From contig NC_068981.1 of NCBI RefSeq assembly GCF_001194135.2, positions 20,053,443-20,117,442 of the forward strand: a DNA stretch of 64,000 nucleotides. Reading direction: 5' to 3'. How positions within the stretch are numbered: the stretch's first letter is position 1; each line of letters begins with the position of its first letter. The stretch is from Octopus bimaculoides (lineage: Eukaryota). Of the stretch, positions 1 through 12,171 are shown piece after piece. The notes beneath the pieces were generated by a model. That model saw only the letters and a list, made by a program, of their open reading frames with translations, was not told the DNA's origin and made no database searches. The translations under genes and the position numbers were made by a program.

Positions 1-105
1 AGACTGGAGCCTGGTGTTGCCATCCGGTTTCACCAGTCCTCAGTCAAATCGTCCAACCCATGCTAGCATGGAAAGCGGACGTTAAACGATGATGATGATG
101 ATGAT
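1..105 (+). mobile_element. 3' end of SINE family B (tail CATGCTAGCATGGAAAGCGGACGTTAAAC(GAT)n), young copy
   Basis: Reverse complement of 43271-43379 with one mismatch; ends in a (GAT)n tail of the kind seen on RTE-mobilised SINEs. Older copies at ~6275-6420(-), 6880-7010(+), 13415-13556(+), 39712-39745(+), 46305-46480(-), 47901-48060(-), 50665-50770(-). Confidence 0.8.
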
Positions 106-127
106 GAATAATAACAAATAATAATAA

Positions 128-342
128 TGGTTTCAAATTTTACCACAAGAGCAGCCATGTTGGGGGAGGCGATGAGTCAACTACATCAACCCCAGTGTTT
201 CACTGGTGCTTAATTTATCAACCCCAAAAGGATGAAAGGCAAAGTTGACCTTGGCAGAATTTGAACTCAAAATGTGGTGGCAGACAAAATACCACAAAGC
301 ATTTCACCCAGCATGCTAACAATTCTGCAAAGCTCGCCACCT
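128..342 (-). mobile_element. tRNA-derived SINE family A
   Basis: Minus strand reads GGCGAGCTTTGCAGAATTGTTAGCA...GAGTTCAAATTCTGCC...TTTGCCTTTCATCC (A-box/B-box-like head), followed by an (ATT)n tail; many homologous copies in the window. Confidence 0.8.
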
Positions 343-359
343 TAATAATAATAATAATA

Positions 360-575
360 ATCTTTTCTACTATGAGCACAAGGCCTGAAATTTTGGAGGA
401 GGGTGAAAGACGATCACATTGACCCCAGTACTTGATTGGTACTTAATTTATCGACCCTGAAAGGATTAAAAGCAAAGTTGTCCCCGGCAGAATTTGAACT
501 CAGAATGTAGTGGCAGATGAAATACCGTTTAAGAATTTCACTTGGTGTGCTAACAATTCTGCCCACTTGCCACCT
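360..575 (-). mobile_element. tRNA-derived SINE family A, second tandem copy
   Basis: Homologous to 128-342; the copies are separated by an (AAT)n tail. Confidence 0.8.
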
Positions 576-578
576 TGA

Positions 579-620
579 GTATAATGGTGGTGGTGGTGGC
601 GGCGGCGGTGGTGGTGATGG
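579..620. repeat. (GGT/GGC)n microsatellite
   Basis: Read directly; explains the poly-G/poly-P ORFs. Confidence 0.95.
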
Positions 621-1114
621 TGTACTTTTACAATTAAAACATTCCATAAAGAAGTTTCTTTATGTTTGTGTGTTTGTGTACACACACACACACATAAACA
701 TATACATATATATTTATATATTTGCAAGGCAAAGGTTGACTTGTGATGTTAAAGTTTTGGCTTACTTGCCTGTCTCTGATTGTAACATTTTTTTATGTTC
801 AGTTTTTCATTCGTCATGAGGATGAAGCTTCAGTGGTTGCCATACAGGTGTGGTTTAACTGTGTATATTTGTGGTATATTAAAGACTCCTTTTTAGAATG
901 TTTAATTGATTGAGCAAAAATATGAAGTTGTAGGAAGAAGTAGAATAAGGGGAAAGGAAAGAAAGAGAAAAGAGCACAAACCACAGAATTCAACCATTCT
1001 TTGACCTCTACTCACATATATATTTAACCTCTGTTACCTTAATTTCCTACACCTAATATAGCCAATTTAAAATTGATTTGAATAGAACAAATAAAATCTA
1101 CCCATTTAGAACAA

Positions 1115-1230
1115 TGTCTTCTTCTTCTTCTTCTTCTTCTTCTTCTTCTCCTTCTCCTCCTCCTCCTCCTTCTTCTTCTTCTTCTCCTTCTCCTCCTCCT
1201 CCTCCTCCTCCTTCTTCTTCTTCTTCTTGA
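1115..1230. repeat. compound (CTT)n/(CCT)n homopyrimidine tract
   Basis: Read directly; explains the poly-R/E/G ORFs. Confidence 0.95.
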
Positions 1231-1879
1231 CACAAGAATATATTACGGAAGCACACCGACATTGCAACCACTAAGTCCTCCTTTAACATACATACGTAAA
1301 ATGCTTGAAAAAAACAAAAAAAAAAACAAAGAAAAGCTTTACATTCTGACAAAAGTAATTGAGTTACAACTTTAAAGTCACTTCTAACCTTTTCTTGTAA
1401 CAAAAAAATGCTTTACACAATTAATATTTGACTATTTTCATATATAACTAAATATATAGCCAAATATTGTGTGTAAGTGTGTGTATGTGTACACATGTGT
1501 GGATGTATGTACATATATATGTGTGTGTGTGTGTGTGTATATAAATATATATACACACACATGCACATTTGTTCAAGAGATAACACTATATTCATTTCAA
1601 CCATATTTTTTCAAGTGCAATCACTTAAAAAATCTTTGAGATTGAAATAACTATAATATGATCTTGATCTCTAAAACATAAAGTTCCACTTTTGAATTAT
1701 GTATTGAGTAATAAGGGTAAAAGTATGTTTACTTCAATTAAATCCTTCAACAAAGAAAATATTAAACACACACACACTTTATAAATGTATGACAGTCAGA
1801 ATTTTTTAAATTTACATTTATTCATTAAAGAAACAATGCTGTGTTAAGTATTTTACCGTCCAGTTTACATTACAGAATC

Positions 1880-4130
1880 TTCTATAAGGCAAGATAATCT
1901 TCACTTTCCTTATGTCACTCTTCCTGTTACTAAGAAATCATGTCTTCACCAGAGGCCCCACTGACTTGATAAATAGAAGAGTTGAAAGATGATTAGTTAT
2001 AAGTGCTACTTATTGTGGAGAACACATAAATTCATGCTACTGAAGCTCCTTTCACAATCTGCTGTTGACACTGGAATTGTACTTACAGCCATTTAAAGTT
2101 ACTGAAAAATGCACAGAAACTGTCTTCCCTTCAGAAGCTTTAAATTCTCTGTAAGCTATGATACATAACTGACTATTTAAGCCAATCTGTTCTGTCATTT
2201 CTTGTTTATCGTTATTCATAAAAGTTAAGAGTGAATCTTATAGAATACTAATATCGAAATATTTTGCCTAGTTAATAAGATTTCTCTACATTTATCATTG
2301 GAAATTGTCATAAATACAAGTAGCCAGATTTCATATCATTAATGAAACTCAGCCTTTAATAGGTACTTTACCGTCCCTCAGTTTATCCCATTAAATATCA
2401 TCTGGTTCATTTCTATCTGTACTCGTGCATAATATTTGCCTGGCTTCACTATTTGACGTTCAAGAACCACGATAGATAGGTTAATTTCTTTATGTGTACT
2501 ATTTTGGTTCTGCGGTTCAAGCAACAGTTCATTCAATTCTACCAAATTGTCCATCAGCAAGCTTAAATTATTTACAGAAGATAATGATTATAATACATTG
2601 GTTTTGGACCCTCCTATTTTGTCCTTTCTATACTAGATCTTAAAACATAAGAGCTTGTTTTTCCAAAAGGGCTACCAAATAACTTTGTAAAATTACCATA
2701 GTGTCTTAGTAGGTTGGTAAAATGAAGCAATCCATCATCACACACTAAAAATAATAAATTTTTAACCATTGTTAATGAAGGGTATCAGTGCATTCTATTA
2801 ATTCATTTTGATTCCTTGAGAACTTAGGATATAAGGAAAACAGTATATGACAAAATATCTGAAAATGATTCAGGCCTACATCTTCATCTGCAACATCACC
2901 TACATTATGTTGAAACCTGTGGCTGGCACAGTGTCAAACAACTGAATTAGGAAAATAGTTTTCAAAACCTCTGATTTCTTTCTAGCATTACTGAAGCTCC
3001 ATCAGTTATAAGTGTTATTATATTTTTATTTAGGTAACACAGTTGTAAGTAGCTTCAGGGCCCATCAAATATATATTTTGCATTTACACAAAGTTTTAAC
3101 CTTTTTGATACCAACCTGCCTGAGAACATCCCTAGTTCTACAATACAAACTTCATGTTTTAAAGTGAGCCAAATTAGAATGTTCAGTCAAAATGCCATGT
3201 TAATTTATGCTCCAAATACTAGCTTAACAATGACAAAGATATTTTACTTAATTCATTTTGAACAAAAATATGGTAACAAAAGGGTTAAATGTTAAAATAG
3301 AATGAAGCAGGATGAGAAGATTCATCAGCTATTCTTCTCAAGCAAGCTGCAAGAATAGTTCTGCCATTAACAGTAGTTTCAGTAAGCATAACTGCAATTT
3401 TAGATTATTTGAGAATTATATTTTTCAATAGTGTTTTGCACATTTGATTTCCTATATGATGTACAATATCTACACATCACTTACAAGAGTGTAGAATACA
3501 CCTTAACATCGTCTCTTATCTACACTTTAGTATCATAAGGCATATCTATGTATAGCTTACCTCTGTGTACAATATTATACACAGTTCCAAAACCTGATTT
3601 TGCTTTGTCATTTTTGTATGATACTGCATTTTCAATTATTTCTTTATTGGCTATTTTATTGATTTTTTAAAATCACATTTGTAATGAACTTCAGTGTTTC
3701 AGTACTTAAAAAAAAAATCTTAGTTTTTGAATTCATTAACTGTTTTGCCTTGTCATCACTTACTACTACATCAAATATGCACCATTCATAAAACAAAGAA
3801 ATTCTTTGTGCTTGTTCAAGTCCACATTGAGATTACACTTGCTGCATACACTACAACCTAAGAAATTTCTATTTTTAGCAATTAGTCAGGTATGTTCTTT
3901 CTATTTGTTCAACTACATGTCTTGTGTCCAGCAATCTTGAAGATAACATCTTTCGATATTTTCGGAAATGTTTTCATAGCATGCATCATGCTAAATGGCA
4001 GTATGAGATCATCATTTTCAAGCAATTTAACCCTCTTTACTAGTTAAGTACGTCTTCACTATTATGTCTTTTTCAAGCTGTCTTTTAAAATAACTTAGTA
4101 TGCTTATTTTCACAGTACACCAACCTGAAA
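1880..4130 (-). pseudogene. decayed hAT-superfamily transposase (KIAA1586-like), with many stops and frameshifts
   Basis: Hand translation of the minus strand gives motifs in the correct order: LIAKNRNFLGCSVCSK; ILHSCK*CVDIVHHIGNQM; IAVMLTETT; ITDGASVML; VGLNHFQIFCHILFSLY; LMDNLVELNELLLEPQ...KPGKYY (ORF 2378-2560); IPVSTADCERSFSSMN (hAT dimerisation motif). Confidence 0.8.
3096..3288. mobile_element. piggyBac-type MITE (185 bp, 3100-3284) nested in the hAT fossil
   Basis: TTAA at 3096-3099 and 3285-3288; TIRs CCTTTTTGATACCA / TGGTAACAAAAGGG (14 bp, 2 mismatches). Confidence 0.75.
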
Positions 4131-5949
4131 TGTAAAACATTTCATACAAGTGCTATATACCATACAGTAATGTGTAGGATATTGTATTTTATTTTCAACT
4201 GTTTGAACAAAATATTCAACAAAATATTCACCATTCACGATTCAGACTGGTGAAATTATTGATGCCATTTCATTTTCTCTCAGTTCATTCTAATCTAAGC
4301 CCAGACACCCAATTTAAAAATTGCAATTTCTTGTTAAGGTGTAGCAATAGAAAAACATTGAATTATATATCATGCAGCCCATTTCAAGCCTAAAATAGCA
4401 ATTTCTAATAAACAAAGATCATTTAGACTAAATACTAAGCCATAGTACGTTAAACTTCTAGTGGATATTACCCTATCACAGAAAAATACATAACTCCTAT
4501 GAGTTAAAATGTTGATTATTTGAATATATGTTGAGAATATACAACCAAAGCTGTGGTATGATAAACAGTTAATCAGATAATCTGCATCATGTGACATACA
4601 AAGCATAGTTGTCCATGTCAGTTAAACTCGTTTTGAGTAATTTAAATTATAAACCATTGCTGCAATTATATGTAGTGCAACTTTTAGTGTCCACGTCAGA
4701 TGAGTTAGCCAACTTTTTGATCTCTTAATTTAGCTTTAAATATACACATTCATTTCCAAGAATGTTCATACACAAAACCCCAACAACATCCATGGACCTT
4801 ATATCAGTATATAAGGCTATATATGAAACAAGAAAAGTTGTAAATACCTGCTGCTTTTGATGAAGGTTCAAGCTAGAGATTTCTCCACATTGTCTGTAGG
4901 TAACTTTGTGTATATTCACAGCTTCACTCATACTCAAAAAGATCTACAAATGCCTCTACTACAATATTACACCAATGGAATATTACTAGAATGGAAATTA
5001 CTTCATTGTGAGGAAGAGGCATGGTTCAGTAATATTGCTATTGTACAATGGGAAGTATTCAAGATAATACTCATAGCATTAGCGTTAAGGAATGGTGATT
5101 GAACAAGATGTAGAACAGCAGAAAGCACCTGTCTCATCATCTTTGCTCTATTCAATAAACTCACTACAAGTATCATGTTTTGGCAGGGTACCTGTTAGAA
5201 GGTCATAGCTTGCATATCATTGTAATTCTTTATGCATCTTGTACATTGGCCTACAATTGAATACATGCTGATATTATTAAAGGAAAATGTTGTATTTGAA
5301 TATCTAACATCTCAAATTATACAGAATACTTGCAGAGCAAGATTATTTTGTGATATCAGTAAATAATATACTATGAATGGCAAAATTTCTGTCTTCTCTC
5401 TCTCAGGCACTGGTGTGTAGGAATTGAGACCCATGCACATAACCTCCTTCAACTTTATCTCACATTTTCATACTTCACAAAACTACCTAGTACCAGTCCC
5501 ATCTCCTAACTTAAACAATTCAATTCGAATATTGAGCCATTCTTACTGTAGACTAAACTATAAATTCATCTATATTCTGTGTTATACTCTGAGAATGGAA
5601 TAAAATATATATATGCATAATTACAGTTAATAAATAAGTGAATTTTTATTGATAGAAACTTAGCAAAACCTAGCTAAAAATAAATGCCTCCTTAAGCAAA
5701 AACACTTTTAGCACTGCCATGTTAATTAACAGACCTGTAGACATAAGTGTGAATGAGTGCAAAATTTCTTCTGAAATTTCCCATGTGCAACATCCTTTCC
5801 TGCTATGCTTCTACCATTGGTAGACCGAATATACAAATATACAAAGCATCTGGAAATTGAGTTTATAGTGCACCATTTCCAGTAGTTTGAATCCTATTGG
5901 TGGGCCTGTTGCTATGTTCTCTTTCAAACTGGTATTTATAATGGCTAAG

Positions 5950-6155
5950 ATGAGTTCAATTACTGATCACTTCAATAACTAATTACTATAATAAAACTGA
6001 TTTCAATAACCAATCACTATAATTAGTCCAATAACCAACAATTATAATTAGTTCAATAACCAATCCCTATAAATAGTTCAATAACCAGTCACTGTAATAA
6101 GTTCAATAATCAATCACTGTAATAAGACCAATAACCGATCATTATAATCCAACTG
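5950..6155. repeat. minisatellite, ~22-24 bp unit (TTCAATAACCAATCACTATAA..), ~9 copies
   Basis: Recurring CAATAAC(C)A motif read directly. Confidence 0.85.
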
Positions 6156-6503
6156 TGAAATATAAACCAAATGATATTTTATTGCTACAATTCAAATTCC
6201 TTTCTGTTCCTTAAATAATTAGCCATTCTTTCTTTATATCTGTCTCTGTCTGTCTTCACATACATATGTGTGTGTATCATCATCGTTTTTAACATTCACT
6301 TTTCCATACTTACAAGAGTTGGATAGAATTCATTGAAGCAGATTTACTGTGACTAGATACCACTATTTTTGCCAAACCACACCTGTTTCCCAATAAGGGA
6401 ATATTCCCCGTGATAATATATATTTCCATGGAAGACTGAAGGGCAGCGCTTGAAGACAAAGACACTTGTTAACAGGTACCATGCAGTGTTAAGACAAGGA
6501 AGC

Positions 6504-6534
<31 letters not shown>

Positions 6535-7010
6535 AATACCCATATATATGATGGGGTTCTTTCACTATCCATCTGCTAAATCAACTGACAAAACTTTGCT
6601 CAGCTCAGGACTATAGTAGCTGAGTCCAAGATCATACAGTCATGGGTGTGATTCTCCATCTGGAGAGCGTTTCCTGTCCTTGAGAAAGGTTCATCATTTC
6701 ATGCTGCTGCACTGCACTCATCCACAAAAGACTACTGGCCTTGTAAATGTTTGGGCTGTGGGTGGGAAGACCAAGGGATATTTATGTCTGCTAGACGCTA
6801 CATTGGCACCTAAAACAATTAGCAGAAAGTATGGTATGTGCTATTAAATCATACTTGCATGCAAGTGACTGTTGTAATAGTAATAGGTTAGGAAGGGCAT
6901 CCAGCTGTAGAAATCATGCCAAATCAGACTGGAACCTAGTGCAGCTCTCCAGCTTATCAGCTCCAATCAAACCATCCAACCTATGCCAGCATAGAGAATG
7001 GATGTTAAAT

Positions 7011-7047
<37 letters not shown>

Positions 7048-7196
7048 NNNNNNNNNNNNNNNNNNNNNNNNNNNNNNNNNNNNNNNNNNNNNNNNNNNNN
7101 NNNNNNNNNNNNNNNNNNNNNNNNNNNNNNNNNNNNNNNNNNNNNNNNNNNNNNNNNNNNNNNNNNNNNNNNNNNNNNNNNNNNNNNNNNNNNNNN
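7048..7196. other. assembly gap; others at 20856-20979, 28452-29238, 44220-44844, 45986-46255, 53054-53103
   Basis: N runs, most flanked by (TA)n. Confidence 0.99.
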
Positions 7197-7253
<57 letters not shown>

Positions 7254-7285
7254 TCTGTAATATAATATGTGACAATTATTCGGTT

Positions 7286-7356
7286 GCCATAATAAAACTT
7301 CGAGTTTCGGATGTCGGGGCAGAAACCTGCACCGGCATCTCTTCAGTTATTGAGGC
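7286..7356 (-). ncRNA. candidate type I hammerhead ribozyme (Penelope/retrozyme-like)
   Basis: Minus strand: stem I AAUAA, core CUGAAGA, long stem II (GAUG/CAUC, CGG/CCG, GCAG/CUGC), GAAA, stem III ACU-cga-AGU, U17, stem I' UUAUU; distal GCC/GGC pairs after a 2x2 internal loop. Confidence 0.7.
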
Positions 7357-7371
7357 GATTATACATATGAA

Positions 7372-8269
7372 TACAGGAGGCAGTGAATATATTGTTGTCT
7401 AAATTACGCAAAAATGAAAATAACACTGACATCTCATTTTAACAGATATACTTACAAAGATGGCATAAAAATATCTTCAAATACCAAAGAGTAAATTTAT
7501 TCAAGAAAATCGTCATAGGCTTCAATCATGGCCTCCAGACGACTTGGGAATCTCCTGCAACTCTTCTGGGTGGTCTCCTTGTTTAAGTTGGTTAATGCTG
7601 TCATAATCTTTGGCTTCAGTTCATCTTTGGTGTTACAAGGAGTTTTGTTGGTCTCTCACTTAACTGTGCTCCACACATAATAATCAAGGGGGTTGCAGTC
7701 TGGGGAGTTCTGTGGCCAGATATTAGGAGTGATGTGGTTTCAGAAATTGTCTGACAGCCATGACTGGATTCTCCTACTTGTGTGGCATGGTGCAGAGTCC
7801 TGTTGCCAGACATAGAGTCTTCCAACAGCTACCCTTTTGACCCAGGGCAACACTACCTCCTCTAGGCACTTGATGTAGGCCTCCGTGTTGAGTCTGAGGC
7901 CATGTGGGAAGATGAATGGAAGCATAACATCATCATCATTAGTGATCACTCCAAGCACCATGATGTTGACTGGATGTTTGATTTTTATCACTCTCGGTAC
8001 ATGTTTTGGGGACATGGCAAGCCAACATTTGTTATGTGTGTTCACTTTCTGTTCAAATTGGAGCTTCCAGCATAAATACCAAGCAGTACAGTATGTCATT
8101 TCCAAATTTCTGACAGACTGAATCGCATCATGGTACTGCTTTTCTCACAGACAGTACCCAACTGACCCTGCTATACTGTGCTGTGTAGTTGACAAAATCA
8201 AAAACAAACAATCTACATGCATGAAATAAAAAATATGAAATGGCAATAATTTACCCATCTCACCCTGTA
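7372..8269 (-). mobile_element. internally deleted Tc1/mariner DD37D (maT) element
   Basis: WQQDSAPCHTSRRIQSWLSDNF*NHITPNIWPQNSPDCNPLDYYVW has 37 residues between the 2nd and 3rd Asp; stop at 7497-7499; imperfect TIRs TACAGGAGGCAGTG... / ...CATCTCACCCTGTA with TA ends. Confidence 0.9.
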
Positions 8270-9049
8270 TACACACACACACTCACGTGCACACATGTTT
8301 GTGTGCATATATATAGTGTGTGTGTGTGTGTGTATGTAATATGCACCAATACCTTGATTAATAACATTAATATTTCTCTTGTTTACTTTGCTATCAGAAA
8401 CTTTGTTGTTAGAAGGTAAAACATAATTTTTATGCAAATAGGTTTTTTTATTTTTTCAATTATTGACAGAAATATACACTTATTTAAAATGCAGTAGGCT
8501 TACAATGTTTCTAGATATATGGAAAAAATCCTTTGAACAAAATTATATGTAATTCAAAGAAAAATATACTCACATTATAAAATAAAATATTCTTTGAACA
8601 AAATTATATGTAATTCAATAAAAAAAAAGATACTTTCTTTATGCCACAAGTAAAAAGTACAAAACAACAAAAAATATGGTATTACTGGTTCTGTTAGATT
8701 TTTATTTTTATTTAAAAAATAAAGACATCAAGTGTTGACTGCATTACCTTTTTCTTATGAGCTTCTAATTCTTCCCGATAACAATTCAACATTACCATTA
8801 CAGATCTTTTAGCTTTCATGCTTCATTCAAAATTTAGATTGTTTTCTGAAAATCACTCTAAAGAATGAGTTACTTCACTAAGGCTTTTGGATAAGATCTC
8901 TGTTGTTAAATCTGGTTTATAGGAATTCTTTCTATGCTACTTGAACTAAAATTTTGCAGTTCTCTCAGCTCTTTAACATACTCACAGGTGAGGCTCTTAT
9001 TACCAACATTAACTCTTAAATATTATCTACATAAACTTCTTCAAATCCC

Positions 9050-10272
9050 ATTTCTGGCATGATACTTGTAAAGGCCACTGCTGTCTGAGACTATTTCAAC
9101 ATCTGTTCTATAGCCTAGCTTAACCGTTTGGACACAGTGTGACATGTGTATCTTATGATATTGCTCCAGATTGCAGTATGATGTAGGTAGCATGAGTAAA
9201 TATTACAGAATTCAAAAACAAACCAAGTGTGACTGCACTAATAAAGTAATAGCAAGGCTCCTCGTAAGAAAGTACAATTTAAGTGGGTTATGCCTGAGAC
9301 AACAATGCAAGAAGATGCTCTTCTACTCTTTATTAATGTTATTGCTTCTGGAACTTCTCTTTCTAAGTTGCCACCTCTATCAATTCTAGATCTGAGTCAT
9401 TCTCTATGTTGTCATCCTGTTCATTTTCCAAATTCAGAAACCTCTCTATACTTATATATCTTCAACTGTCCCTTAAATTTATTTGGGTCTACAACTATTT
9501 GTCCTATTTTATCCTGTCATATCACATCTTTCTTTTGCTAACTATTTTGCAATCTTAAATCTTTCTCTCTGACCATTCTCTGAATCCATACATTCTCTAA
9601 TTGTTTTCCAATGTACCTCCTGTGCCTTGACTACTTTGGTAACTTCCATACACTGCCACTTCTGCTTTTCTCTTTCTTTTCATCCTCTTTCCAACTTTAT
9701 CATCACACCACTACACTTCCAGGTGTTGAAGGTTTTCTTGTCAATCCACACATCTATTCAAATAGTTCCTATCTACCTATTTTCAGTGACTTCTAACCAT
9801 TTTCAAGTACAACATAATCATTCTCTACCATACTCAGCTTCTCTTTCAAAGCTTCTCTCACTGTCACTTCTTTCAACCTCCAAACAGTCAGCCTTGGTTG
9901 GTATTTCATTTATCAAGTTTCCCACCTACCTCTAGTCACAAACAACTAAATGATATTAGTGATCAACCTCCTATTCTAGTATTAAATTTACCTCCCAAAG
10001 GTTCTCCCTGGCTCATTTGAGTTCCACCAGATAGTCAACAGTTGACATTTACTCAACCAGTATCTGCTTCCTGGAACTAGATATTGCACATTAACAAGTC
10101 AGTTCCATCAACAAACTCTGAAGTCCTTTTACCCTTTTCACTCCTTACACTATATCTACACCCGCCACGGACTACATCAAACCCATTTGTACTTATTCCC
10201 ACATTCAAGTCCCCTCCTACTACAGCAACTTTTCTGTGATACTTTTTAATAGTTTCTCTGTCACACATCAAA
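9050..10272 (-). mobile_element. RTE-clade LINE fossil (APE endonuclease and downstream remnants)
   Basis: ORF 10077-10271 GGDLNVGISTNGFDVVRGG...EKGKRTSEFVDGTDLLMCN resembles the RTE endonuclease; the downstream extent is approximate. Confidence 0.65.
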
Positions 10273-10333
10273 ACTTCTGTTTCACTTCAAAACTTTCACC
10301 CATATATATGTGTGTGTTTGTGTGTGTGTACGT

Positions 10334-10374
<41 letters not shown>

Positions 10375-10376
<2 letters not shown>

Positions 10377-10520
10377 ATGGGTTTCTCCACAGTTCCTAGC
10401 TACCAGGTTTCACTCTCATACTTAAGTCAAAGCTATTGCAGAAGATGGTGTATAGTAGTACAGTGGGGTCAAACCTGAAACCATGTAACTGCAAAAGACA
10501 CTTCTTAATCATAAGGCTTT
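10375..10520 (-). mobile_element. tRNA-derived SINE family C (degenerate)
   Basis: B-box-like GGTTTCAGGTTTGACCCC head and (TG)n tail. Related copies at ~6555-6645(-), 18440-18610(-), 36650-36740(-), 45640-45790(-), 49495-49570(+), 50940-51090(-), 59715-59830(-), 60060-60230(+). Confidence 0.6.
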
Positions 10521-10549
10521 GCCTTAACAAATATATATATGCTTGCATG

Positions 10550-10582
<33 letters not shown>

Positions 10583-12104
10583 ACACGTGTGTGTTACTGT
10601 AGTGAGATACATCATGTAACTAGATAAAAGGTGGGGAAAACAAATGAAAAAGGCAAACATATACAACGGATTACAACCAGATAGACGCTGTAAATGTCAA
10701 CTGAAATGTATTGACAAATGTGTTACCTGACATTGCAATGTATTTCAAAATCGTTTATGGAGCATATGATTGGCTGCTCTAATCATTAACTGCCCCCATT
10801 GAAATACCTGCTGATGACAGGAGAAACTAGTTTCAAATAGTCTGATAATGACCCTTAAAGTCTTTACTCAGTTTTGAGTTGAACAACTTGTTAAAATGCA
10901 ATCGGTGTGTCAGTTAGGATCACACACAGCTAAATTGTATTTCTATGTTTTCTGCATTAATATAAGCAATAACAATTTAAAATGCCTCAGTATCTTTCAG
11001 TATGGCAGATTGTGTCCATAGCTGATAAGGAATTGGAAAAGAGAAGAACAAAACTGATAGATAAATCAAAACCAGGATATCAATCTGAAATTACCAGCTG
11101 AAGCAATGATAGCTGTAAAACATGTGCAAAATTAACTGGTATTGTGAAATGGCATGGAAATATAAAAAGAAAAAAAATGCTTAAAAGAATTGGAAATTCT
11201 CAATCAGTTATATAAGATAAAGTATTCTCTACATAATATTCTCAGAAATTTAGTATAAAAACTAAAAAAAAAAAACTAAAAAGGAGTTATATGAAGATGT
11301 GAAAAAAAAATAATAAATTGACAATAGTTGATGATTCATCTTAGAAATATATTAGCCATTCTGTACTTCATTTCATTTTTTACCTTAAACAATGAAATAT
11401 TGTCAGTGCCATAATGAGTTTTATGCAAACATCTGATTTAAATAATTTGTTTAAACAGTTAATTAAAGCATTGCATCAAAGCCTATCATTTTGAGATTCT
11501 ATTGATCTCAACACATGTTATGGAATGTTACTGAACAAAGAGGGAGGCTGGGCAGTATTTAGAATCTGATTTTGATTTAACAAATTAACATTTCAGCAAT
11601 TCCATGGTTGAAACCAGCTTGAAATAATAAGAGATAATATAGCAAGAAATATATATGTAAATGGCTGTTTTATCTCATCAGTGGTATGTTGAACTGAAAA
11701 CTTGAGTTAAAGTGAAAGTAATTACAAGGTATCAAGAGTTGAAACTATCTGAAATCGACTTGAATTGAAGCAATTACTTATATTTTGCAATCAGAATAAA
11801 TGGATCATTTAATTACGAATACCTTCTATTATAGAGTTGATCTTAGAAATAACTTTTCGTTAAGGGTCAGATATATTTGTAAATGTTTCCTTTTATAAAA
11901 CTTTTATTCCATTTAGATTTTCTATAGTTGTTTGTTTGCATCTTGTGAATTTTTGATTTCTGTTCTGCTGCTATACCTATATTGAAACATGACAACATGT
12001 TAAAAATTATGAATTTTCAAGCAGATTTTTATATTAATTCAAACATGAAATATTGAGATAAGAATCTGCTGGTTATGCACAATATAATGGTGATTCTCTT
12101 TATA

Positions 12105-12124
12105 ATAATAATAATAATCATAAT

Positions 12125-12170
<46 letters not shown>
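12105..12170. repeat. (AAT)n microsatellite/SINE tail; others at 12900-12955 and 16675-16745
   Basis: Read directly. Confidence 0.95.

Positions 12171-12171
<1 letters not shown>

Noticed and set aside
414-1604. Poly-P/G/R/E and HT/YI-rich ORFs here and throughout the ORF track
   Set aside because: They are translations of microsatellites or SINEs, not genes.
2378-2560. CpG-containing ORF that looks like a host exon
   Set aside because: It is collinear with flanking hAT transposase motifs and is better explained as part of that fossil.
4370-5350. ORFs with hints of CMC-type transposase motifs (QKDLQMP..YY on +, PKHDTC on -)
   Set aside because: The hints are on opposite strands and too weak to call.
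6831-7402. Long ORFs spanning N-runs (also 20798-21058, 28344-29305, 43865-44878, 45975-46321, 52923-53216)
   Set aside because: Their length comes from X codons in assembly gaps.
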